Of a stretch of DNA of 64,000 bases, positions 21,501-32,242 are shown one piece after another (position 1 is the stretch's first letter; each line of letters opens with the position of its first letter). The notes under the pieces are model-generated. The model did not search any database, was not told the origin of the DNA, and was given only the letters and a program-made list of their open reading frames with translations. Origin of the DNA: Massalongia carnosa (taxonomy: Eukaryota); NCBI GenBank assembly GCA_965645245.1, contig OZ287067.1, positions 1,736,001 to 1,800,000 of the forward strand, read 5' to 3'. Position numbers and translations under genes: made by a program.

Positions 21501-22580
21501 GATTCGACTATGTTTAAACGTCCGATGACTAAAATCGGACGGATAATTCTTCCATTCTCGACGATGTCTGCACATGGTTTTTCGAAGTTCAGTTAAATCA
21601 TGCGACCACCAATTTTTCGATTTTGCACAAATTTTCGTTTTCGGAATAAACATTTCAGCCGCGTTTTTGATAACGTTTTGCAAATATATCGCTGATTCGT
21701 CGAATTGATGATTATTCAATAAACTTTGAACTTGTGATTCGTAGATGGTTGAATTTTCGTCTAGATACTTCGCGAATTTATTCCAATCAGCTTTATTGCA
21801 ATTGTATTTATTCGATAATGCGGTTGCATGTGACGTCAAGTTTTTGAAAGATGCGATTAGTTCAAATCGGATGACTTCATGATCTGAACCTGTGACTGCG
21901 TTTTCATCGATTGACCAATTTGTAATTGCATTTTCGATTTTAGAATTGGCAAAAGTTAAATCAATAACAGATGAAGAACTTCCAGAATGGGCGTAGTATG
22001 TACATAAGTCAGGTGTGTTTATCAAGCTACACCTGTTTAATTTCAACCATTTGACAAGATTTTCTGATCGAATTGCTTGTTGAATTTTCGAATTCCACCA
22101 GTTATGATGTGCATTGAAATCTCCACAGATGACGAATTGATCAGTTGATTTTGGTTGTAATTGGATTAAAAGTCGATCGATCGTGTATGTTTCTCGATCA
22201 CTTTGACTTTTTTCGTTATAAATATTGAAAATCTGCACTTTTCGAACTTCATCAATTGTAATTTCAATAATTTGCATATCGGAATCGTCAATAAGATCCG
22301 TTCTAGGCGTGCATTGCAGTTTGGAATTGCCATTTGTGACAAATATAGCTACTCTCGAGCGATAAGTCGCTATTTTTGGCATAATACATGTAAATGACGG
22401 ATGTGATATTGTTTTTTGATCTCGTGTCCATGGTTCCTGAAACAAAACAATATCAATTTGATTTGATAAAGCATATTCCAAACACGATATCATTGCATTC
22501 GTTGACTTTGCACAATTATGTTGAATAAATTTGACATTTTGTGTATTTTCGATGTTTGTCAACGAATGCTGTCCTGCCAT
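18567..22580 (-). CDS. LINE-A ORF2 (1337 aa): APE endonuclease, RT, RNase H, Cys/His motif
   Basis: QHN, QEP, GDFNAHH, IDL, SDH; GIPQGSPISP, FIDD; YTDGS, AEL, FSDS, WVPSH, NEIAD; C..C...QTPEHLLLNC. Confidence 0.97.
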   Translation of the reverse strand: MAGQHSLTNIENTQNVKFIQHNCAKSTNAMISCLEYALSNQIDIVLFQEPWTRDQKTISHPSFTCIMPKIATYRSRVAIFVTNGNSKLQCTPRTDLIDDSDMQIIEITIDEVRKVQIFNIYNEKSQSDRETYTIDRLLIQLQPKSTDQFVICGDFNAHHNWWNSKIQQAIRSENLVKWLKLNRCSLINTPDLCTYYAHSGSSSSVIDLTFANSKIENAITNWSIDENAVTGSDHEVIRFELIASFKNLTSHATALSNKYNCNKADWNKFAKYLDENSTIYESQVQSLLNNHQFDESAIYLQNVIKNAAEMFIPKTKICAKSKNWWSHDLTELRKTMCRHRREWKNYPSDFSHRTFKHSRIEYFHAIRKAKQQTWLTFLENAANKDVFTAYKYTKPRIFEKIPPILHENKLNVQFDDKCDAFVSAMYTKNPFIDDNEEDLSNQDSVNDDNWPDLTENELKNAISLFNPKKACGPDAINFTIVQKSFQSLKKVFFMIYSKFIRIGYHPLCWRTGLGAVLKKPNKSDYSFPKSYRIITLLNCLGKIAEKIVANRLAYFGENSNLLDIEQMGGRKNHSAIDAVMNVVHDIEIANRNKNVLSCLLLDVKGAFDFVSINQLLNVMKKLKLSRIIIQWVKHFMTKRSINLIFDENLSKTYYVESGIPQGSPISPILFLIYIRHLFPKIRMKFNAHSPSFIDDVAIYVENKTAKQNCKEIEIIVKTAFDWAASNNVKFDDDKSELIHFEKTRNVSKDTLELPNGTVLEPKNVVKWLGVWLDRKLNFKKHVETRISSANRSFFAIQNLMKSEWGLKPTACRQLYMSCIIPISDYGSEIWYNGQKKYEKLFQNLQNQMIRKILGTFKTTPIQAMEIESHVLPVKLRLLMKNQKYAIRLLKIAENNPICQRIPNTYSIKFENIGFDTSLWNNKYAEWNEDEKQTNKRHPSQLIRVLHSVSDIVHKTDEFEQSNHFIKPWKSPCKIKFQIENTKESAKSSYYSTLSKIKSMNSDKSRVLLYTDGSKIEFATSAVTFAPIMRNWSSIINNFDRFIEKDCLIKYHTISKSWKLSKQSSIKNAELHAILQAMKWVYKLSNTNILSNLEKTIWIFSDSINAINEIQNLKNHIFARQIRKLAKRLFESNYQVILQWVPSHSNITENEIADKIAKTGHNQILVESSAITFDYVKDQINQNMLTTWTNQWQQCKSKGKYYEKFEMKPGISRFYYLSNNCSKLIFATIMQLKFGHGYFRSYLHRLKDYNSSKCSNRCNQRQTPEHLLLNCIHYFDEIQNMKQTIDTTINLNMLFNTKIGNDILIKFIVNNKIATRKWILGQLDDEIFETGGWGEIEQ

Positions 22581-24238
22581 TACAAAGCGGCTAATTCGTC
22601 AGTCGATTTTCGAACATTTAACGATATAACCATTTCACAATTTTCATCATTGGATTGATGATTCTTGTTGCAATTCGCGCATTTGACGATGGCGTGTGCA
22701 CAAGCAATTTTTGACTTGCATGTTGTGCATTCATGATTGCGTGTTTCATGGTTTTGCGCACATATGCTGCATTTCGCTTGACTTTTGCATTGATAATGCT
22801 TGTGTCCAAATTTTTGACAATTAATGCATTGTGTGTTTGGACGAACGGAGGTAAATATTTCCGTGTCACAATGTCGGCCCGCGATATTGACTCCTTTTAA
22901 CGCGTTCAAGGCCATATTTCGATCATTGAATGTCAAAACAACGGATGATTTGATCTTGTTATGACGATCACGTGCTAGCCATCTGGGAACATCGCATAAT
23001 TGCATGTTCGAATTGAACTTTTGAATTTCGTCTTGCAAATATTGCATGTTTTCATCAAATGTTGCAATATTTACACCGTGTGCGATGACTTTGAACCACG
23101 ATTCGTCCTTTCGAACTGTTCGTGGGTCGAATAAATGCTCCCATATTGATTTATTGTTCAATAAATCTTCAGCAGTGTTATCAGGACTAGTAGTCAGAAC
23201 GATGTTTTGACCCGTTTTGGACTTTTCGACCGTGTTAACAACGATAGTCAATTTCGCGTCTTTAAAAAGCGAATTGATTTGGTTTCGAAGCAACAGTGAA
23301 TCGATATCGCCGATTTGAGCTTTCGGTGTGATTATCAATCGTCGAGATTTGATCGCCTTGAAATCGTCAGTATTATCGAATTTGTTCGCATTCGAATTAT
23401 TGTTGTTGTTCTTGTTTGTTTTTTTGGATCGAGGAACGGTAGTCCAATTTTCGGAATTGACAGTCGCTTTTCCGAGCATTTGGCTCCATGTTCTAGCTGT
23501 ATCGTTGACCTGCGGCCCTGGGACTCCGGCGGTTTCGCTCCGAATTTCTGGGTTGACGTTTTGAGTCAAATTCGAATTTCCATTTGAATTTCCCTTCGAT
23601 TTTGTCTGTATAGGATGCACCGATTGTCTCTTTGTTTCTGGAATTTGGCTAGTTTGTTCTAGCACCCTATTCAATTTCCAATCAATCATTTCTAACGTTG
23701 CTTTTGGCTTGATCGATTTCTTTGCCAGTAGAGAATTGACGTGATCGATGACCATAGCCGTTTCGGGGTTTTGATCTATTACGAATGACTCTAATAATGC
23801 ATTTTTTGCCGTATTCAATAGTTGAATCGATTTTGATCGATTGATGACTTCTTGACTCTCAATCGAATGTTCGTCAAATGTTCGTCTTTTGTTGCGTTTA
23901 ATTGGTGGACTCAGTCGAATATCAGAATTCAATGATGGCATGGGCAGATTGGTACTGAATTCACCAGATGGCGCGACAAAAGGTTTCGTTTTTGGGGTGG
24001 GTGTGGAAGGTGCGGACGAAAATTCTCGCGTTTGGTCCATGGCCTCCGTGGATTCTACGGTTAGGGGGTTGCTCCCAATTATCGCTACCGAAGATGGCGT
24101 GGGGGAGTCGGTTCGGGGGGGGCACGGGGGAGTACTCGGGGGGACCCATAGATGTTGTGGAGGGGGGCCTGGGGGAGGAGTTGTTGGTATCAATCGATTT
24201 GGTCTATGACCTATCGGGTTAAATCTTCGATTGAGCAT
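22580..24238 (-). CDS. LINE-A ORF1 (552 aa), gag-like nucleic-acid-binding protein
   Basis: Pro-rich N-terminus and C-terminal CCHC knuckles (CINCQKFGHKHYQC and others). TAATG overlap with ORF2. Confidence 0.95.
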   Translation of the reverse strand: MLNRRFNPIGHRPNRLIPTTPPPGPPPQHLWVPPSTPPCPPRTDSPTPSSVAIIGSNPLTVESTEAMDQTREFSSAPSTPTPKTKPFVAPSGEFSTNLPMPSLNSDIRLSPPIKRNKRRTFDEHSIESQEVINRSKSIQLLNTAKNALLESFVIDQNPETAMVIDHVNSLLAKKSIKPKATLEMIDWKLNRVLEQTSQIPETKRQSVHPIQTKSKGNSNGNSNLTQNVNPEIRSETAGVPGPQVNDTARTWSQMLGKATVNSENWTTVPRSKKTNKNNNNNSNANKFDNTDDFKAIKSRRLIITPKAQIGDIDSLLLRNQINSLFKDAKLTIVVNTVEKSKTGQNIVLTTSPDNTAEDLLNNKSIWEHLFDPRTVRKDESWFKVIAHGVNIATFDENMQYLQDEIQKFNSNMQLCDVPRWLARDRHNKIKSSVVLTFNDRNMALNALKGVNIAGRHCDTEIFTSVRPNTQCINCQKFGHKHYQCKSQAKCSICAQNHETRNHECTTCKSKIACAHAIVKCANCNKNHQSNDENCEMVISLNVRKSTDELAAL

Positions 24239-26180
24239 AGTGTTTTTGCCTTTGCAATATCCCTTTTATCGCCACCAAATAATTTATTCTGACTTTCCCC
24301 GGACGTACTAGTCAGAATAGAATTTACACCTGTTTGTTTACTGGTCAAATGACTCTTTCTTTCCTATCCCTATTTATTTGACTATAACGCGTCAAATAAA
24401 TCCTAATCGGGTTAAAATAGACCGTTCCTCGCTAAGGCAGTAAGTCTTATTTAACCCTTTACCAGACACTACAATAGGTGAAAATAATGAAAGTTTTTTT
24501 TTTGCTTTTTTCAATAAAGATAAATTTTAATGCAATGTAAGACAATAGGAGACTTCCTATTCTGATTAATCTGAAACAGGACCTTTGGTATAATCCTATT
24601 CCAGACGTTTTTCCCCTTCTTTTCAGTGATCTGTTGACCGGCCGTTCAACGAAGATCTATAAAGCCGAAAATGGAATTTGCAAAAATTATACGTGAAATA
24701 TGCTATGAAAATTTGTGCTTGCGGAAGTTCCCGTAACCTTAAATGAGGAATGAACTTTAGAAGACTCTGACGTCGCGACAGTTGTTGTACAGTCCCGCGA
24801 GAGTAGATAATTTTTGTAGATAATTTTTATAGTAATAATTGAAGGTCATGCGACAACAGAACAGAAGAAAACAAGAAAAAAGAGCGATTTTTGGTGAGGT
24901 TGTTGGTATTTGTTGTTTTTTCCAACTTCTAGAGCGCGCTTTATCACGTCGGTCGCGTGCGACCAGCAGAAAAACTCTGCTGGAGCTTTGCTAGAGCTCT
25001 CCTACACTCAATCTGAGAGCGTTTTAACTCTGGAGGAGCGCAAATGACTGAGAAATAGAGGCTCAATTGACTGTTAAAGTTATAGTGTATCAAAAGTTGC
25101 GGTACTTGTGTTTTTTGTTGTTCAGGCGTTGGTTCTTTAGAAGACTTTCGTTTTTAATTCTATTTGCAATTTCAATATTATGAACAACGTTCATTACAGC
25201 GTCAATTGCAAAATGATTTTTGCGTCCGCCCATCTGTTTGATATCGAGTAAATTCGAATTTTCGCCGAAGTAGGCTAGTCGATTTGCAACGATTTTCTCA
25301 GCAATTTTTCCAAGACAATTTAGAAATCTGATAATTCGATATGATTTTGGAAACGAATAGTCTGATTTATTAGGTTTTTTCAGAACTGCACCGAGTCCTG
25401 TCCGCTAGCATAACGGGTAATAACCGATTCGAATGAATTTCGAATAAATCCTGAAAAACACGTTTTTAAACGATTGAAACGAATTTTGAACAATTGTAAA
25501 ATTGATTTCATCAGGTCCACATGCTTTCTTCGGATTAAATAAACTAATCGCATTTTTCAACTCGTGTTCGGATAAATCTGGCCAATTATCGTCATTTGCG
25601 CTGTCTTGATTTGATAAATCTTCCATATTATCGTCACTTAATGGGTTTTTTGTGTATATTGCTGACACAAATGCTTCGCATTTCTCATCAAACTTAACAT
25701 TTAGTTTGTTTTCATGTAGAATCGGAGGTACATTTTCGAATATGCGCGGTTTAGTATATTTATACGCGGTAAATACATCTTTATTTGCTGCATTTTCTAG
25801 AAAAGTCAACCAGGTTTGTTGTTTTGCTTTTCGAATTGCATGAAAATACTCGATTCGACTATGTTTAAACGTCCGATGACTAAAATCGGACGGATAATTC
25901 TTCCATTCTCGACGATGTCTGCACATGGTTTTTCGAAGTTCAGTTAAATCTTGCGACCACCAATTTTTCGATTTTGCACAAATTTTTTCGTTTTCGGAAT
26001 AAACATTTCAGTCGCGTTTTGTTATAGCGCCGCTGTATAAGGTTGATTATTACTAACGTATTAGCCACCCATTCGGGCCAGCCACCCAATCGGGCCACCC
26101 CTCAAAATCTAGTAGCCGAATATTAATCTTTTCCTTCCAATCCACCACCATCACTCCTTTATCGATAAACTATATATAAA

Positions 26181-27413
26181 ATGCCTAAAAACATACCCGT
26201 ACATGACTCTGCTACTAGATTACACTTGGCTATTGAAGAAATACGCAAAAACCCGGGGATTTAGCCGCGGGAGATAGCGCGCATTTACAGAGTTCCCTAA
26301 TCAACCTTACAGGCCAGTTTTCAAGGCAGACGTGACGCAAAAACCTCCCATGAGGCCACTCAAAGACTATCAGTAGAAGAAGAACAGGGCTTGATCACGT
26401 GGATAGATCGGATGACTGCATGGGGCTGGCCACCTAGTATTCAACACCTTGAGGGCATGACCAAAAGTCTGCTGGAAGCAAAAGGGGACTCAAAACCCCT
26501 AGGACATCATTGGTATAAAACTATCATAAATAGACATCCCCAATTCAAAACTAAATTTATAAGAAATTTGGATCAATCCAGAAAAGACGCAAGTCATCCC
26601 TGTAACGGTTCGACCATGCGTGGTGCGGACGGCAGGACCTACAGCGAACATAGCAGGAGTCCCAGTTATAGTAGAATAGAGGTTAGTCTGCGGACTAAGT
26701 ATTGTGCCTTTTGGTCGGGAGGACAGGTGGCGCAATGGTAGAAATCTATTCACTCTCTCGCTTCGTCACAATCCCAAAATCCTGAAGGAATGGTTTGAAC
26801 TGTACATGACCACCCGAGCAAAGTGTGGAGTCGCAGATGAAGATATTTACAATATGGATGAAAAGGATTTTGCCATGGGCATTGCGGATAGTTCTAAAGT
26901 GATAGTCAAGAGGGAAACAACCCCACCAATATCATGAATGCATGGCGGGGGGCAGGTCTTATTCCATACAATCCCGAGCATGTTTTAGGCAAACTGCCTA
27001 GATCTATTATTCATTCACCTCGCAACATCGTTACCACTACCCTCACAACGAACAAACGCATTCAGATAGCTAGCGATGCTTTGTTAACTCGTGTAACTCT
27101 ATCTCTCCGCGCGCATGTTGAATTGCTTCAAACAACCGCATTGAATCACGTGGCTGATAGAGTTATTCTACGGCATTTCAATCAGGAACTATTTGAAAAA
27201 CAGGCTCAGCGACGCCAAAAGGCGTCTAGAAAGGGGTGTGATAAAGTGAGGGTGCTAACTGTGGGTGAGGAGCTGGCTAAGATCGAGGAGAAACAGCAAA
27301 AAGAGGAGGCATTAGCCAGAGAAACGGAGCGATATCATGCTTTAAATGGTAAAGTGAAGTTCGCAAAGGCCGTCTGGAAAGAAATGCGTATGGATAGTGA
27401 TATTTTTAGTTAA
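26181..27413 (+). pseudogene. pogo-type transposase pseudogene
   Basis: HTH/CENP-B-like region (LSVEEEQGLITWI..WGWPP, LGHHW), YNMDE and AWRGAGLIPYNP. Most of the DDD core is missing at about 26930. Confidence 0.88.
26601..26770 (+). mobile_element. Solo LTR (170 bp), same family as 26..196
   Basis: TGTAAC...GTCACA with TSD ATCCC at 26596..26600 and 26771..26775. Confidence 0.93.
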
Positions 27414-28198
27414 TTTTGGGGATGGTAGAAGCATCGTGGTGATGTTGTTTTCCTTTAGGTGGAAGGGGATAGTTGGCCAGGATATTTTTGATGGGGTGGC
27501 CCGATTGGGTGGCTGGCCCGAATGGGTGGCTAATACGTTAAGCCTGATCACTCAGCGTTGCTGAACAGAGTCATACTATAGTCAGGTTAAGCGATGACTA
27601 ATGGCACGGAACAGAAGGTCTGAGCCCACGGAGGAACGTCCGCCCTTAGTTGGCATAGTTGGCAGAGTACTGAAGAAACTCGACATCGACTATTCGCACT
27701 GATCTATATAATATGGTGTTAGGCCCACCTAGATAGATCATCTTACAATTTAACTACTCCGTACTAAATTGTTCTACTCTTAACCCACTACACTACTCCT
27801 AGTCCAGAGTCACTATCACACGTTTTTGATAATGTTTTGCAAATATATCCCTGATTCGTCGAATTGATGATTATTCAATAAACTTTGAACTTGTGATTCG
27901 TAGATTGTTGAATTTTCGTCTAGATACTTCGCGAATTTATTCCAATCTGCTTTATTGGAATTGTATTTATTCGATAATGCGGTTGCATGTGACGTCAAAT
28001 TTTTGAAAGATGCGATTAGTTCAAATCGGATGACTTCATGATAAGAACCTGTGACTGTGTTTTCATCAATTGACCAATTTGTAATTGCATTTTTGATTTT
28101 AGAATTTGAAAATGTTAAATCAATAACAGATGAAGAACTTCCAGAATGGACGTAGTATGTACAAAATTCAGGTGTGTTTATCAAACTACACCTGTTTA

Positions 28199-28386
28199 TT
28201 TTTTTTTATTTATTCATTAAGTGTATTCAACCTAAGGTTATGACACTAAACTATTTTAAGATATGGTTTTATTTTACAAATAAATCAACCCTTTATAACC
28301 CAACTATGTATCGTAAATATTGCCCCGTTTTTATTCCGTGTTAGTAACAACCTTTAGTAATCGAAATATCGATTTTAAAATTTGTT
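28199..28386 (-). mobile_element. 188-bp 5'-truncated LINE-A (A2 type) insertion, 3' UTR and tail only
   Basis: TSD ACTACACCTGTTTA at 28185..28198 and 28387..28400. Sequence resembles the A2 3' UTR at about 56510..56700. Confidence 0.9.
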
Positions 28387-31300
28387 ACTACACCTGTTTA
28401 ATTTCAACCATTCGACAAGATTTTGTGATCGAATTGCTTGTTGAATTTTCGAATTCAACCAGTAATGTTGTGCATTGAAATCTCCACAGATGACGAATTT
28501 ATCAGTTGATTTAGGTTGTAATTGGATTAAAAGTCGATCGATCGTGTATTTTTCTCGATCACTTTGACTTTTTTCGTTATAAATATTGAAAATCTGCACT
28601 TTTCGAACTTCATCAATTGTAATTTCCATAATTTGCATATCGGAATCGTAAATAAGATCCGTTCTAGGCGTGCATTGCAGTTTAGGATTGCCTTTTGTGA
28701 AAAATATAGCTACTCTCAAGCGATAAGTCGCTTTTTTTGGCATAATACATGTAAATGACGAATGTGATATTGTTTTTTGATCTTTTGTCCATGGTTCCTG
28801 AAACATTACAATATCAATTTGATTTGATAAAGCATAGTCCAAACACGATATCATTGCATTCGTTGACTTTGCACAATTATGTTGAATAAATTTAACATTT
28901 TGTGTATTTTCGATGTTTGTCAACGAATGCTGTCCTGCCATTACAAAGCGGCTAATTCGTCTGTCGATTTTCGAACATTTAACGATAAAACCATTTCACA
29001 ATTTTCATCATTGGATTGATGATTCTTGTTGCAATTCGCGCATTTGACGACGACGTGTGCACAAGCAATTTTTTGACTTGCATGTTGTGCTTTCATGACT
29101 GCGTGTTTCATGGTTTTGCGCACATATGCTGCTTTTCGCTTGACTTTTGCATTGATAATGCTTGTGTCCAAATTTTTGATAATTAATACATTTTGTTTTT
29201 GGATAAACGGAGGTAAATATTTCCGTGTCACAATTTCGGCCCGCGATATTGACTCCTTTTAACACGTTCAAGGCCATATTTCGATCATTGAATGTCAAAA
29301 CAACAGATAATTTTATCTTGTTATGACGATCACGTGCTAGCCATCTGGAAACATCGCATAATTACATGTTCGAATTGAACTTTTTAATTTCGTCTTGCAA
29401 ATATTGCAAGTTTTCATCAAATGTTGCAATATTTACACCGTGTGCGACGACTTTGAACCACGATTCGTCCTTTCGAACTCAGAATAAATGCTCCCATATT
29501 GATTTATTGTTCAATAAATCTTCAGCAGTGTTATCAGGACTAGTAGTCAGAACGATATTTTGACCCGTTTTGGACTTTTCGACCGTGTTAACAACGATAG
29601 TCAATTTCGCGTCTTTAAAAAGCGAATTGATTTGGTTTCGAAGCAACAGTGAATCGATATCGCCGATTTTGGCTTTCGGTGTGATTATCAACCGTCGAGA
29701 TTTGATCGCCTTGAAATCGTCAGTATTATCGAATTTGTTCGCATTCGAATTATTGTTGTTGTTCTTGTTTGTTTTTTTGGATCGAGAACGGTAGTCCAAT
29801 TTTTGGAATTGACAGTCGCTTTTCCGAGTATTTGGCTCCATGTTCTAGCTGTATCGTTGACCTGCGGACCTGTGACTCCGGCGGTTTCGCTCCGAATTTC
29901 TGGGTTGACGTTTTTAGTCAAATTGGAATTTCTATTTGAATTTCCCTTCGATTTTGTCTTTACAGGTTGCACCGATTTTCTCTTTGTTTCTGGAATTTGT
30001 AGAGTTTGTTCTAGCACCCTATTCAATTTCCAATCAATCATTTCTAACGTTGCTTTTGGCTTGATCGATTTCTTTGCCAGTACATAATTGACGTGATCGA
30101 TGACCATAGCCGTTTCGGGGTTTTAATCTATTACGAATGACTCCAATAATGCATTTTTTGCCGTATTCAATAGTTGAATCGATTTTGATCGATTGATGAC
30201 TTCTTGACTTTCAATCGAATGTTCGTCAAATGTTCGTCTTTTGTTGCGTTTAATTGGTGGACTCAGTCGAATATCAGAATTCAATGATGGCATGGGCAGA
30301 TTGGTACTTAATTCACCAGATGGCGCGACAAAAGATTTCGCTTTTGGGGTGGGTGTGGACGGTGCGGACGAAAATTCTCGCGTTTGGTCCATGGCCTCCG
30401 TGGATTCTACGGTTAGGGGGTTGCTCCCAATTATCGCTACCGAAGATGGCGTGGGGGAGTCGGTTCGGGGGGGGCCCGGGGGTGTACTCGGGGGGACCCA
30501 TAGATGTTGTGGAGTGGGGCCTGGGGGAGGAGTTTTTGGTATCAATCGATTTGGTCTATTACCTATCGGGTTAAATCTTCGATTGAGCATAGTGTTTTTG
30601 CATTTGCAATATCCCTTTTATCGCCATCAGATAATTTATTCTGATTTTCCCTGGACGTACTAGTCAGAATAGAATTTACACTTGTTTACTGGTCAAATGA
30701 CTCTTTCTTTCCTATCCCTATTTATTTGACTATAACGCCACAAATAAATCCTAATCGGGTTAAAATAGACCGTTCCTCGCTAAGGCAGTAAATATTATTA
30801 AACAATTTACCAGACACTACAATAGGTGAAAATAATGAAAGTTGTTTTTTGCTTTTTTCAATAAAGATAGATTTTAATGCAATGTAAGACAATAGAAGAC
30901 TTCCTATTCTGATTAACCTGAAACAGGACCTTTGGTATAATCCTATTCCAGACGTTTTTCCCCTTTTTTTCAGTGATCTGTTAACCGGCCGTTCAACGAA
31001 GATCTATAAAGCCGAAAATGGAATGTGCTAAAATTATATGTGAAATATACTATGAAAATTTGTGCTTGTGGAAGTTCCCGTAACCTTAAATGAGGAGTGA
31101 ACTTTAGAAGACTTTGACGTCGCGTGAATTTTTATGATGATGATGATGTATTCATACTCCGATATGACACCGGCCGTAGGCCGGCCCATGCGGGCAAAGC
31201 TATCTAAGTTATATTACATGGAAAACCTTTCACAGGTGTAAAAACCATGTCCCTTGATACCCGTCCGATGTGACTACGTGTCGACGTCGGCCGGGAGACG

Positions 31301-32242
31301 CAGTGCAAAAGACGTGTGGGAAATGCCTTGTGAAAAGAGAAGAAAGAAAGAAAGGTTCAACTATTGTTGATTTTACAATAATGTTGATGCTAGTGAGAAT
31401 TGATTCAATAAGCTTGTTTTCATTTGCCAAGCAGTTAGTATCTTCAGAGTTTTTGATGTTTGGTCAGCTGCTGATAGTCGCTCGTGCCGGCGGCGCGAAA
31501 CATCTGTTCTCTATTGTCAATAAGTCTGCAGAACATGATTACATGTTCTGGAGTTTGTCTGTGCCAGCCACATGAGCAGGCCGTTGAGGTGACGGAGGGC
31601 ACCCGTCGCTTGTAGAGGAAGTCAGCTAACCCGATCTTGCCAGTGCGGATTTGAGTTGTTAGAGCGCTTTCCGCCTTTTTTAGCTGCGTGTGTATTTTCA
31701 GCCGTTTTTTGCTCAGTGGGACTGATTGTGCTATGGAGGGTTCGATGACGCGATTTTGATATGCGCACCACGAGTCATTCCAGACCTTCATTTGTCGTGC
31801 TTTGATTGTTTGCACCTGCTTGTGTCGGGCCGTTGCCGCAACGGTAGCTTCTCGGTGCCACGCCGGGTAGACTTCGAACCATGGTGGGTGTGCCTTTGGT
31901 GGTTGAACTATTTTTGAGTCGATCAGTAGGCTTTTGGCCCAGATGTGTTTCAGCTCTCCCGGGGTGGGCTTTTGAAGTCGTTTGCGACCTGCCTTGCCTC
32001 GAAGTTTTTTTTTTTTTTTATTTATTCATTAAGTGTATTCAACCTAAGGTTATGACACTAAACTATTTTAGGATATGTTTCTATATTACAAATAAATCAA
32101 CCCTTTATAACCCATCTATGTATTGTCAATTTTTCCCCATTTTTACTCCGTGTTAGTAACAACCTATAGTAATCGAAGAATATCGATTTTAAAATTTGTC
32201 TTTGTAAGTTCGTGAATGTTTCAGCATAAATCGTTTCTGATT

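Larger units (their letters stand above)
18328..25127 (-). mobile_element. LINE-A copy 2, full-length and intact (~6.8 kb)
   Basis: Poly(A) tail from 18328, 5' end GCCTGAAC at 25127, two intact ORFs. Confidence 0.97.
26056..27538 (+). mobile_element. pogo/Fot1-like Tc1-mariner DNA transposon, internally deleted
   Basis: 46-bp perfect TIRs starting ACGTATTAGCC (26056..26101 and 27493..27538); TA TSD on both sides. Confidence 0.95.
26020..27820. mobile_element. Solo LTR (~316 bp net, Copia-like TGTTATAG start) split by the pogo element
   Basis: TGTTATAG...CTATCACA with TSD CGTTT at 26015..26019 and 27821..27825. Confidence 0.85.

Noticed and set aside
23889..24222. Antisense ORFs (MLRLIGG..., MARQKV...) recurring in each LINE-A copy
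   Set aside because: They recur because the copies are near-identical, lie opposite Pro-rich ORF1 codons, and are not conserved with the same bounds in A2.
17640..25831. A giant (~680 bp) TSD around LINE-A copy 2
   Set aside because: The two flanking ORF2 segments differ at many positions while copy 2 is young, so they are separate older copies.
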